Position numbers and translations under genes: made by a program. Positions 19,373-28,035 of a stretch of DNA of 32,000 nt are shown here, piece after piece; the stretch's first letter is position 1, and each line of letters begins with the position of its first letter. Location of the stretch: positions 480,001 through 512,000 of the forward strand of contig NZ_LT934425.1 of the NCBI RefSeq assembly GCF_900232105.1, read 5' to 3'. Below the pieces are notes generated by a model. The model had not been told where the DNA came from. It did not search any database and saw nothing but the letters and a program-made list of their open reading frames with translations. This stretch comes from Candidatus Kuenenia stuttgartensis (GTDB lineage: Bacteria > Planctomycetota > Brocadiia > Brocadiales > Brocadiaceae).

Positions 19373-19517
19373 GAAACCGTTCAAGCCGGTTAAAGCCGTT
19401 TAAACCGCTTAAACCGTTTAAACCGTTTAAACCGCTTAAACCACTTAAACCGCTTAAACCACTTAAACCGCTTAAACCGCTTAAACCGCTTAAACCGCTT
19501 AAACCGTTCGAACGGTT
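19373..19517. repeat. 9-bp-period tandem repeat (AAACCGCTT-like) between cas1 and cas2
   Basis: Many consecutive 9-mers of CCG[CT]TTAAA type, ending in the perfect 16-bp palindrome AACCGTTCGAACGGTT (19502-19517). Confidence 0.9.
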
Positions 19518-19525
19518 ATGAAAAT

Positions 19526-20518
19526 TCACCACCAGATCTTAAATCCCTCATACCCTTGCTCACCAATCAGGTGTTTAACCAATTTATAACATTCCAGTCT
19601 TATAAGATACCGGTAAGAGACCTGCCTCTCAAGTTTCTTATGGCTGATAATTGTCTTCAGTTTCTCATCATATTCTTTAACAACGGTCTTTCTTCCCTTC
19701 TCATTAAGGTAACAGCAATTAACATCTGTCATAAAATCCTTCTCCGTAATCTGATGTCTGTTAAGTATGGTAAATATGGTTCTGTCGCTGAAAATAGGCT
19801 TAAAAACCTCCGCCATGTCGAGACTCAGGGAAAACCTCCGTTCACCCGGTTCATGGAGATAAGAGATCAGGGGATTTAACTGCGTATGGTATATTTCACC
19901 CAGACATGTCGTATAGACCATCGAGTTTAGATACGAGATCAAGGCATTAATCATATTGTCCGGAGGCTGCTTTACCCTGCGTTCAAATGCTATCTCCTGG
20001 TCAATAATGGTGGGCCACGCCTTGTAATACGTATTTCGGATGTTTCCTTCTATTCCCATCAACTCCTCCACGACCTCTGTTTTTTCGATCTGTGACCTGA
20101 AGCCTTCAATCGTACTGATATATTCATCCACTCCTTTTCCCCTGTTGCCATAATATCTCAGGTTCTTCAGGATATTGAAACTCGCTGCTTCGATAAACGC
20201 CCTTGCCAGGACAATTCTCTTCTGACGGCTCGTATAGTGGTTCACCTGCTTCACCAGGAGTTGCCCGGAGTTTAAGTATTCCCGCGGATAATAGCTGCCG
20301 GAATAATAACCATAGTAGTTGAATACATGCACCGGTATGCCTTTCTGCGCAAGATAATTAAAGAGTTTCGTATTGAAGTCAATCTCACCGAAAGCATAGA
20401 GGGCTTCTGTGTTCTCAATGGGTATTACGGCCTTAGAACCGTCTTCCTTTTCAAAGAAGATGGTATTTTCCTGTCGTTTCAAACGGCCGTTGTTAAAGAT
20501 GTAATAGTTCTGTTTCAT
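19526..20518 (-). CDS. cas1: CRISPR-associated endonuclease Cas1 (type I-B-like)
   Basis: MKQNYYIFNNGRLKRQENTIFFEKEDGSKAVIPIENTEALYAFGEIDFNTKLFNYLAQKGIPVHVFNYYGYYSGSYYPRE, NALISYLNSMVYTTCLGEIYHTQLNPLISYLHEPGERRFSLSLDMAEVFKP. Confidence 0.97.
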   Translation of the reverse strand: MKQNYYIFNNGRLKRQENTIFFEKEDGSKAVIPIENTEALYAFGEIDFNTKLFNYLAQKGIPVHVFNYYGYYSGSYYPREYLNSGQLLVKQVNHYTSRQKRIVLARAFIEAASFNILKNLRYYGNRGKGVDEYISTIEGFRSQIEKTEVVEELMGIEGNIRNTYYKAWPTIIDQEIAFERRVKQPPDNMINALISYLNSMVYTTCLGEIYHTQLNPLISYLHEPGERRFSLSLDMAEVFKPIFSDRTIFTILNRHQITEKDFMTDVNCCYLNEKGRKTVVKEYDEKLKTIISHKKLERQVSYRYLIRLECYKLVKHLIGEQGYEGFKIWW

Positions 20519-20530
20519 AGTTTTAAAAAT

Positions 20531-20604
20531 AGTTTAAGCCGTTCAAACAGTTTCAACCGTTCAAGCAGAAAAACCATATCGGTTTAAACAGTTTGAACGG
20601 CTTA
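20531..20604. repeat. Degenerate 9-bp-period repeats between cas4 and cas1
   Basis: AGTTTAAGCCGTTCAAACAGTTTCAACCGTTCAAGCAG...CGGTTTAAACAGTTTGAACGGCTTAATCGG. Confidence 0.75.
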
Positions 20605-20625
20605 ATCGGCGTAGATTGTTCTTTA

Positions 20626-21138
20626 TTACACCCAGCACATATCCCCATAACTACAATTCTTGCACATCTTCATCCTTTGTATCGGCGGAGGTAATTCGGC
20701 TTCTACAAGCACTTTGATTTCGCTTACTATTGCATGAATCTTCTCATCATCTCCCGGTTCCAAAAACACGTCCAGGGTCTTTCTGAGCTTTGGATAATTA
20801 ATTTTACCCGTAATGCCTTCTACGCCCTTCTGTTTCAGATACCAGAGGTAATACTTCAACTGCCAGATATGCGGCTCTTCCACCTTGTCCGACTTCTTTA
20901 CCTCGTGAATGACCCTGTCTTTCCCGATGAAATCAATCTTGATAGTGCCGTCAATCTCGATCTCCTTATTCTCCCGTTCGTACGATGTCTCGTGGATCAG
21001 CTTACCGAGGTAGACCGCATCGCTGTTGTGCTCCATTTCAATATTTTTGGTAAAATACCAGAGCTTCTTCCTGCAGAGGAAGTAATAGTTAATCTGGGTG
21101 CCGGTGAAGCGGATAGATGTTTGTTCTGTAGTGTTCAT
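20626..21138 (-). CDS. cas4: CRISPR-associated exonuclease Cas4
   Basis: FTGTQINYYFLCRKKLWYF, GKLIHETSYER, IHEVKKSDKVEEPHIWQLKYYLWYLKQKG, C-terminal CKNCSYGDMC cysteines. Confidence 0.93.
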   Translation of the reverse strand: MNTTEQTSIRFTGTQINYYFLCRKKLWYFTKNIEMEHNSDAVYLGKLIHETSYERENKEIEIDGTIKIDFIGKDRVIHEVKKSDKVEEPHIWQLKYYLWYLKQKGVEGITGKINYPKLRKTLDVFLEPGDDEKIHAIVSEIKVLVEAELPPPIQRMKMCKNCSYGDMCWV

Positions 21139-21151
21139 TATTTATATCCAT

Positions 21152-21541
21152 TCATTCTTTCAATTTTCTCAATATACTGGCAAACTCACTTTTGTTAAGC
21201 TTTCCCGTTGAAAGGTCCAGCATAGCATCGTAGAGTTTCCCCTGAGAATCTGAAATGCTGATTCCATTAAGTTCGGGAAAAACCAGCGCAGATACCAGAG
21301 CGGTTCGCTTATTACCGTCAACAAAAGGATGGTTTTTACTGATGTGAAATGCATAAGCCACTGCCATTTCACAAATATCGTTATGCAAGTACTCACCATG
21401 AAAAGATGCGTGGGGCATTGCAATAGCTGAAGATAAGAGGTTTATATCCCTTATCCCCGGCAATCCTCCATACAATCTCATCTGATTGCTATGTATATCA
21501 ATGACTTCGGCAAGGGTCAGAAAAAGGATATCTTTCATCAT
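21152..21541 (-). CDS. doc: Doc-family (Fic fold) toxin, death-on-curing
   Basis: GGLPGIRDINLLSSAIAMP...AVAYAFHISKNHPFVDGNKRTALVSALVFPELNG, the Fic/Doc HxFxDGNKR motif. Confidence 0.92.
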   Translation of the reverse strand: MMKDILFLTLAEVIDIHSNQMRLYGGLPGIRDINLLSSAIAMPHASFHGEYLHNDICEMAVAYAFHISKNHPFVDGNKRTALVSALVFPELNGISISDSQGKLYDAMLDLSTGKLNKSEFASILRKLKE

Positions 21542-21765
21542 TCAGCCAGCTTCTTAAGTGTTTTTTCGTGTTTTTTATTTATTTTCACTAAAGCCGCTCT
21601 AAACTTTTTATCTCTATCCTTGTCATGAACCGGAGAAATAATAAGATTTTTCCCGTCAGTGGTGATTTCAAGTGGTGTATTCATATCAACCTTGAGGATT
21701 TCCAGTATGGGTTTATCAATAATTAATGCTGCGCTGTTACCGTGTGGGACCAGATTTTTAAGCAT
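21538..21765 (-). CDS. AbrB/MazE-type antitoxin partner of Doc
   Basis: HGNSAALIIDKPILEILKVDMNTPLEITTDGKNLIISP matches SpoVT/AbrB fold; 4-nt overlap with doc; strong AGGAGG SD on the minus strand upstream of the start. Confidence 0.88.
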   Translation of the reverse strand: MLKNLVPHGNSAALIIDKPILEILKVDMNTPLEITTDGKNLIISPVHDKDRDKKFRAALVKINKKHEKTLKKLAE

Positions 21766-22156
21766 ATTACCTCCTGAAATGTAGCATTTTGTAAATTTTT
21801 AATGCCACTAAGACACCAGGCATCAAAGAAAATACTGATGACTTAGTGACTGTATAGCAACCTCGAATTTTCTTAACGTAAAATTATGTATATACATTGT
21901 ACTACCATAATATACTTCGTTCAATATTTCTTCCTATTTCAGTGTCTCAAAATTATTTTTGACAGGATTCACGGGATAAGCAGGATATTTTAATCATGTT
22001 CATACTGTCCATCCCTGTTTTGTGAAATTCGTTTTTCTTAGTGTCCATTCGTGGCTAAACCCCTCGTCTTCAACTTTTGTATAGAGAAGATTCGTTGGTT
22101 CGTTGTCATTTAATCCTCCTCATCGGTGAGACGTACCAATTCATTTGTAATACCCC

Positions 22157-22930
22157 TCAAACAATTTTCTTATATTGTGTGAAATGTTTGCTGCTCTGGA
22201 CAAAACTATAAGGAATAACTGTTTTTACCAATATTCGATGTTCACCAAGCTTAACTGTCCCTGAGCCATAAGTACTTATACGATCAAAACCATCTTTGGC
22301 CTTACACAATACTTCCCCAAAATCATCCAGGTATTGAACCCATTGAAACTTACCGGTCAACAATCGCTCCTCCGGCTGTGGAAGTGTGTATCCTTCGGGA
22401 AGATTACCTTTGCAAATCGAATCCTTAATATATTGCCAGAAAGAGCCTCTCTTTCCTATGCAATTAATGTGACTACCTACCCTTCTTATCAAAGATACTG
22501 CATCTCCTGAAAGACCATTAATCCCTATCGCCACTTTCAGTTCAGCATCGGTATAAAAGCAAAACTCACGATAAGCAATGGTGGGAACATAGAAGCCTTT
22601 CGGGGCATCCCTTTCTTCCTGACGAATTTTTATAAAGGTATTCTGCACGATACAACCTGCCGGTGGGCTAAATCTTATTTCGCAGCCTTTAATAAGATCA
22701 AATACCTGCCGTGCCTTGATTTCGGCATTATTTTCATCAAAGCCCCTAAAGCAAGCATCAATCAAGGTCATCTTAAAAGCATAGGGAGTTGGAATCAAAA
22801 GGGTCTTTCCGCCCTTGCTTGTAGCATGGGTCATTCGAAGGGAAAAAAGGCTCACCGGTAAATAGCTTAGAATGAGCCATTTCCCTATTCCCCGGTCAAT
22901 TAATTTTTCCTCAACCATGTTAGCCTCCAT
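22157..22930 (-). CDS. cas5: Cas5-like Cascade subunit (divergent); start may be the internal Met near 22918
   Basis: Position directly after cas7 in operon; RGIGKWLILSYLPVSLFSLRMTHATSKGGKTLLIPTPYAFKMTLIDAC, FYTDAELKVAIGI, HINCIGKRGSFWQY. Confidence 0.75.
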   Translation of the reverse strand: MEANMVEEKLIDRGIGKWLILSYLPVSLFSLRMTHATSKGGKTLLIPTPYAFKMTLIDACFRGFDENNAEIKARQVFDLIKGCEIRFSPPAGCIVQNTFIKIRQEERDAPKGFYVPTIAYREFCFYTDAELKVAIGINGLSGDAVSLIRRVGSHINCIGKRGSFWQYIKDSICKGNLPEGYTLPQPEERLLTGKFQWVQYLDDFGEVLCKAKDGFDRISTYGSGTVKLGEHRILVKTVIPYSFVQSSKHFTQYKKIV

Positions 22931-23903
22931 AAGGTTGAACCTTGCATATTATATCTGCCATTACCCCGCTAAATGCACCAAGCCCGTCAAATGGTGTAAC
23001 TGCTATCGGGTCGCCGGTTGTGGTCCTATTCAGATTACCGGCAATCTTTTTTATCTCGTCTCGATAATTTGAATTCAGTCCGCTAAGAACGGGGGCAGGC
23101 AACGTGCTTGTAGATGTGGCTATAATGCCAGTGAAATCAAGGATATGCGGGTGTTGCGTATTGCGGTGCGCGCCGGTTGGTTTGATAAAGGTATTGAGCA
23201 CACTCTTCAAAAGGGCTTTTATCCTGGCCTGCCTATCAATACCATCCACATAAGCAAGCGTGATATCATTCCGGCCAACCTTATAAAGGTCTACATTCAC
23301 TACTACTGCGTATTGACCGGAAGATGCGGGACGGTGAAAGATATTCTGCCCAAGATTTTCTCCTGCACCGGAGCCTTTTCCACGTCCTTCAGGCACATAT
23401 TTGGCGTGGAAGTATGATTCTGTCCGTGTATTATCAGGACATCCCACAACCCAGCCAAACTCAATGGCTGATTTGCGGGAAAGTGATTTTGTCCCGGCCC
23501 ATCCTGTAAGCATTATCCCTTCGCAATCATCAATGATACATTTAAAGAGTATTTTATCTAAGATAAAAGGATCCTTTTTATTCTGTCTTTCAGCTTCCGT
23601 ATATTCATTTAAAGACATGACATCTTTCTCGTACTCTGCATCAAATTTAATTCTATTTGCGTTGAAAATATCGCAGCCCTTGCATAAGGGAAGGTTATTT
23701 GATTTTGCCTCCATAAACAAATGTTCTGCCTGAATATGCTTGAACATGTCACCGGAAACGGCATTGACCGTATGATTCTTGCCTGTTGCATCCACAATTT
23801 CAACCATCCGCGTCATCATGGTGTTTCCTTCGCTGCCTTCATTGTTAAGGGCGTGCATGTTCATCGTTACAATGCCTGAAATACTTAAAGAGTGCAGTTT
23901 CAT
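22920..23903 (-). CDS. cas7: Cas7 backbone subunit, DevR/Csa2-like
   Basis: LHSLSISGIVTMNMHALNNEGSEGNTMMTRMVEIVDATGKNHTVNAVSGDMFKHIQAEHLF typical of DevR/Csa2-type Cas7. Confidence 0.92.
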   Translation of the reverse strand: MKLHSLSISGIVTMNMHALNNEGSEGNTMMTRMVEIVDATGKNHTVNAVSGDMFKHIQAEHLFMEAKSNNLPLCKGCDIFNANRIKFDAEYEKDVMSLNEYTEAERQNKKDPFILDKILFKCIIDDCEGIMLTGWAGTKSLSRKSAIEFGWVVGCPDNTRTESYFHAKYVPEGRGKGSGAGENLGQNIFHRPASSGQYAVVVNVDLYKVGRNDITLAYVDGIDRQARIKALLKSVLNTFIKPTGAHRNTQHPHILDFTGIIATSTSTLPAPVLSGLNSNYRDEIKKIAGNLNRTTTGDPIAVTPFDGLGAFSGVMADIICKVQPYGG

Positions 23904-23905
23904 AA

Positions 23906-25684
23906 TTATTTACCCTCCTTGTTTGTTATCGTTGGATTATCGGTTTCAATCTTTGGCGCTCTTGCGTAGCCATAGGCCAAAAGAAGCATACCGACTAGTT
24001 CACTCTGGTCTTTCCCGTTATTTTCAATAAGAGATATTACCTGATCAAGGTCTTCTTTTGAAACGGTATGATATTTACCTTCAAGCCTGTTTGTAACTTC
24101 CCAGTTATAATCCTGAACAAACTCGGCCAACACCGGGACGAATTCTTTTGCCCCACCTTTAATTTTTTGCTTCCATTTTTGGGCTAGACCGAAACGTACA
24201 TCCCATTTCTTGTTGTTTTGTTGCTGTAACCACAGGGCTGTTATAGTAGCATTTCTAATAGCCCAGGCAACACTTAAGAATCCCGTATTTTCTACAATCT
24301 CTTTCATTCCATATCCCCTTTCAAAAAGTATCGTTAGATTTTCAGTAGAAAATTCTTTTACCCCTTCTTTTTTACCTCGTTTTTCCATAGTATGGACTGC
24401 AAATTTCGCCAAAAAATCAAGCAGGTCTGACACGCTACCAGTTGTAAGCCATTTTCTGTATTGCTGGAGAATGGGAACATCGCCGGAATGGGTTTCATTC
24501 AGAGAGCCAAGACATCCAGGTTTTTTCTGAGCATAGTCTCCGATATGCTCCCTAATTATTTCGATAAACGCAATTGCATCATCTTTATTTTCAATGCGAA
24601 ACCAGTTTGGAATAGGCAAAAATGCATCATTCATCAAGGCTGCCGCTGTTCCCATGCTTTTGAAATATGCTTGCCGCAATCCTCTTATAACCTCAGCAGG
24701 TCTACGTCCGCGCAAACTGATCTTTCCCATAGTATCTTGTACAACATCCGAATGTATTATCAGTTCTTCAGCCAGACGCAATGTGGCCTCTATGTCAAGC
24801 CTTATTCCACCCCACAGCCTCAGATCGAGAAGTTTTCCCCTGAGCATAGACAGCGCCTTCGGCCCTATTTCGGCAGGCTCAATGACAAAGAGTTTAAAAT
24901 CGTCGCCATTACGGTAAGGGAGCATTGCAGCAGAAGCCCCTCTAAATTTCATCCACTCGGCGAAAGGTTCTACGACTTCACTATTGATAGCGCTAGGTGA
25001 TTTGTAAATGGTCTTGGTTGCATGCAAACCTTTTCCTGATGAAGGATTAAAAAACTGGCTGTTGCTTACTTTAGGTATTTCAACCTGTTCAAGGCGATCC
25101 AACCGATTGAGGCGTTCAAGCCATACTAGTTCAGATTGAACCCATTTAAGGACTTTTTCAGGATTTTGAATCACCCATAGATAGACGTCTTTATCGGAAC
25201 TCCAGCCTTTTCGCATTGACTCAAGGATTGCCGAAGGACCGTATTCGCGATTAACGCTTTCAACTGGAGATAAGCCTTGCTCTTCAAGTGCTTTGTTTAA
25301 TGCTTCTTTTTTCTTTTTACTACCCTTTTCCTTTGCTTTTACCCGGCCTTGTTCCTCCTCATAATCCAGCACCATAGTACCCTGTGGTTTTTCCTTTTCC
25401 TTGCTTTTTCGCCAAATGTAGTAAAACCCGGGAGACGGTGGTCTCCATTGTACATCAGGCACATCCGATGAATACTCAATTTTAAAATGAGTTCCCCTAT
25501 CTTGGATAATTGTTCCAACCCCGGCTACTTCTTCAAGTAGGCCTGCGGTGCCTATGGCTCTTAAGGAATCGGCATAAGTCCCCGTTCCTTTTGGAATTTC
25601 CACAACCTTCATCCCTCTCCTCCTTTCTGGCTTCTTTGGTCTGCCAGCCTGAGCCTTCTTACGAGAAATACATAAAGAGGCCAC
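23906..25684 (-). CDS. cas8: Cas8-like large Cascade subunit, divergent; real start probably ATG at 25612 (MKVVEIPKGTGTYADSLRAIG)
   Basis: Large protein between cas3 and cas7. GTGTYADSLRAIGTAGLLEEVAG at the N-terminus resembles the start of other Cas8-type proteins. Internal ATG overlaps cas3 stop (ATGA) and follows AAGGAGG. Confidence 0.72.
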   Translation of the reverse strand: MASLCISRKKAQAGRPKKPERRRGMKVVEIPKGTGTYADSLRAIGTAGLLEEVAGVGTIIQDRGTHFKIEYSSDVPDVQWRPPSPGFYYIWRKSKEKEKPQGTMVLDYEEEQGRVKAKEKGSKKKKEALNKALEEQGLSPVESVNREYGPSAILESMRKGWSSDKDVYLWVIQNPEKVLKWVQSELVWLERLNRLDRLEQVEIPKVSNSQFFNPSSGKGLHATKTIYKSPSAINSEVVEPFAEWMKFRGASAAMLPYRNGDDFKLFVIEPAEIGPKALSMLRGKLLDLRLWGGIRLDIEATLRLAEELIIHSDVVQDTMGKISLRGRRPAEVIRGLRQAYFKSMGTAAALMNDAFLPIPNWFRIENKDDAIAFIEIIREHIGDYAQKKPGCLGSLNETHSGDVPILQQYRKWLTTGSVSDLLDFLAKFAVHTMEKRGKKEGVKEFSTENLTILFERGYGMKEIVENTGFLSVAWAIRNATITALWLQQQNNKKWDVRFGLAQKWKQKIKGGAKEFVPVLAEFVQDYNWEVTNRLEGKYHTVSKEDLDQVISLIENNGKDQSELVGMLLLAYGYARAPKIETDNPTITNKEGK

Positions 25685-28035
25685 AACCCGGTATCTTCGC
25701 TGTTTGGACCACTAAAAATTAAAAGATCGTCTTGAAAACTACGTTGGGTTAGTTTATCGGGGTTGTCAGTCAATGCAATGCCCTCAATAGAGGATGGCAA
25801 TGTTTCACTGACCCATTTCTTTGTGTCGTTAATAAGCCTAAAGTCTTCCAGCGATGCCGTAAATGCCCCATGATGTCTTGCTATAGCTGTCCAGGTTACA
25901 ACTGCATTAACACCAAAATTATCTCTCAACCACCCTGCCACTGAATATGCGCCTTCAGAAGCATGAGGCGGCTGTTTAGGAAACTTTTTCTTATTTTCAA
26001 AATCCATGTCTGGCGCGTAATCTGAATGAGCAAGGGGCTCGCCAGTCAACATCTGAGGGTTCTTGTGCTGCTGCCACTTTCTTACAGCCTCCTGCCACTT
26101 CATGGAGAGCTTTCCCACATCGTGTAGGGCGCAACAGACATCAGCCAGTGTTTCCAATTGGTTGGCTGACATTTTATATCGTTCGGCCAGTCGTGTTGCT
26201 GCATAGCTATAAAAAGGCTTCATTGCCCGGCACGCTGCAACTACTCTTTGAACATGCTCCCGGTAAGTTTCATAACTGATTTTGTACCGGGGAATAAGCG
26301 GCCTATCGAAGTATCTGATCTCTTCGTGACACCCCTTTACACCGATTTTCAAGCCAACGTCAGGGGAATAAGAAGCAAACTCCGGATTTATAACGACAAG
26401 CCATGAAGCGTTTCTGATCTGGTCTTTTGAAGTAATTCGTTCCCATCCGAAGGATGTCTCGGTTTCGTCTATAATATTGGCATTTTCAATAGGATACCAC
26501 GCAACCGTTTCCCCAAAGTCACGGCATTCTTCAAAAAACGGAGAAAGCTTATAAAGGCTCGAACGGGGAACTGACAGCATCCTCGGCCATTTGTTTTTAT
26601 CAAATCTCAAAACTGAAGGGTCGTTACAGATAACCACATTTATGGAAGCCACGTCCCGCACCAATTCTCTGACGGCAACTTCGTTGCGTCCGTCCATAGC
26701 CTCGTGAATCTTGGTTTTTAAAGAGTATTGATTTTGCCGGTAGGATTCCAGATGCCTTTCCTCAATGTTCGAATGCACCTTATCAAGTCTTTCAAGCTCT
26801 GAGTTAAAATCAAGGATTGCGCCATCCGACGGCAGCCGTTCCAGAACCTCTCTGGTACCTGAAATCAAGGCCTTATGGTCGTTCTCTCGATAGGGACCAA
26901 AATCAGGCAGGCCTTTTTCATTTGTTAGTAATTCATAAATCCAGACAGTTCCAATGCCACGCACACCTTCATATCTTGCACAACGCCCGGCACGCTGTAT
27001 AATGCTGTTCAGAGGGGCAATTTCTGTATGCAGGTTGTCCGCAGAAATATCTATACCTGCCTCAACAACCTGCGTGGTTACCAGGATTACATTCGTTTTA
27101 GTGGCTTCTTTTCCAAACCAACCCTTGAGTTTATCTTCTACCTTTTTTCGATCTTCTGAGTAAAACCTGCTATGAAGCAAGAAAACAGTGGTGTTGCTAC
27201 CTTCCAGGCGTTTCGCCATTTCTTCGTAAATATTCTGCGCCCTCGTAACGGAGTTGAGGATAATGATAGAACGGTTACCATTATGATGATCAAGGATATC
27301 GTTAATCGTGAGTGGTCTGTTTATCCAGCGGTACGCACGTTTTTTTTCTTTGTGAGATGGCAAACTCATTACTTCATCAGGAGTTAGACTGACAAACTGT
27401 CCTCCCAGTATCTCTTTTAATAAATCCAGACTCTTCGTCGTAAGTGTAGCCGTCATGATGACAAACTGGGAAAATGGTTTAAGCCTGTCCAGCATTTCTA
27501 CGGCCGTTCTCATTGCTTTATCGGACTCCAAAAGGTGGAATTCATCAAATACAATCAAACTCCCAAGCAATGCTCCGGCATTGATATTCCCAACTCTCTG
27601 CGGAAGAGAGACAGGACAATTAAGGTAAGAGGAAAGGCACTGGTCAACGGTTGTAAATATTACATCGCCTTCAAAAAAGGGATCGTCCTTTTGTTCACCG
27701 GTTTGTATTGTGATTACAAGTTCGCCTTTTTCACCCCTACGGGCATTTGGATCACACACTACCCTGAAACCACTTTTGCAACACGCTACCGTTTCAGCGT
27801 AAAGGGTAGTAGCTAATGTTCGAAGCGGCAAGACATAAATTAATCTATCAACAAACGTCGTGCCTTGTTTTTTTGCCCAAAGATACGGCAAAATAGCAGC
27901 CCATGTTTTCCCGCTGCCAGTAGGAGCGCGGAGAAAAATATTTCTGCCATCAAGAAGACGTTGTGCAACTTCTTCCTGATAAGGATAGGGGGCAAGTCCT
28001 TTATTGCTCATTAATTGATCGAAAAGTATTCTCAA
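25609..28035 (-). CDS. cas3: Cas3 helicase-nuclease with the HD domain at the C-terminus
   Basis: N-terminal YPYQEEVAQRLLDGRNIFLRAPTGSGKTWAAILPYLWA, LIVFDEFHLLESDKAM, LVTTQVVEAGIDIS, IIQRAGRCAR. C-terminal DVCCALHDVGKLSMKWQ...HASEGAYSVAGWL...ARHHG. Confidence 0.95.
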   Translation of the reverse strand: MRILFDQLMSNKGLAPYPYQEEVAQRLLDGRNIFLRAPTGSGKTWAAILPYLWAKKQGTTFVDRLIYVLPLRTLATTLYAETVACCKSGFRVVCDPNARRGEKGELVITIQTGEQKDDPFFEGDVIFTTVDQCLSSYLNCPVSLPQRVGNINAGALLGSLIVFDEFHLLESDKAMRTAVEMLDRLKPFSQFVIMTATLTTKSLDLLKEILGGQFVSLTPDEVMSLPSHKEKKRAYRWINRPLTINDILDHHNGNRSIIILNSVTRAQNIYEEMAKRLEGSNTTVFLLHSRFYSEDRKKVEDKLKGWFGKEATKTNVILVTTQVVEAGIDISADNLHTEIAPLNSIIQRAGRCARYEGVRGIGTVWIYELLTNEKGLPDFGPYRENDHKALISGTREVLERLPSDGAILDFNSELERLDKVHSNIEERHLESYRQNQYSLKTKIHEAMDGRNEVAVRELVRDVASINVVICNDPSVLRFDKNKWPRMLSVPRSSLYKLSPFFEECRDFGETVAWYPIENANIIDETETSFGWERITSKDQIRNASWLVVINPEFASYSPDVGLKIGVKGCHEEIRYFDRPLIPRYKISYETYREHVQRVVAACRAMKPFYSYAATRLAERYKMSANQLETLADVCCALHDVGKLSMKWQEAVRKWQQHKNPQMLTGEPLAHSDYAPDMDFENKKKFPKQPPHASEGAYSVAGWLRDNFGVNAVVTWTAIARHHGAFTASLEDFRLINDTKKWVSETLPSSIEGIALTDNPDKLTQRSFQDDLLIFSGPNSEDTGLWPLYVFLVRRLRLADQRSQKGGEG

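Noticed and set aside
21781-22156. Phrases such as ACAGGATTCACGGGATAAGCAGGAT and TTAGTGTCCATTCGTGGCTAA in the cas5-antitoxin gap
   Set aside because: They look like generic dispersed intergenic text, but no second copy was found in this window, so no repeat family is claimed.
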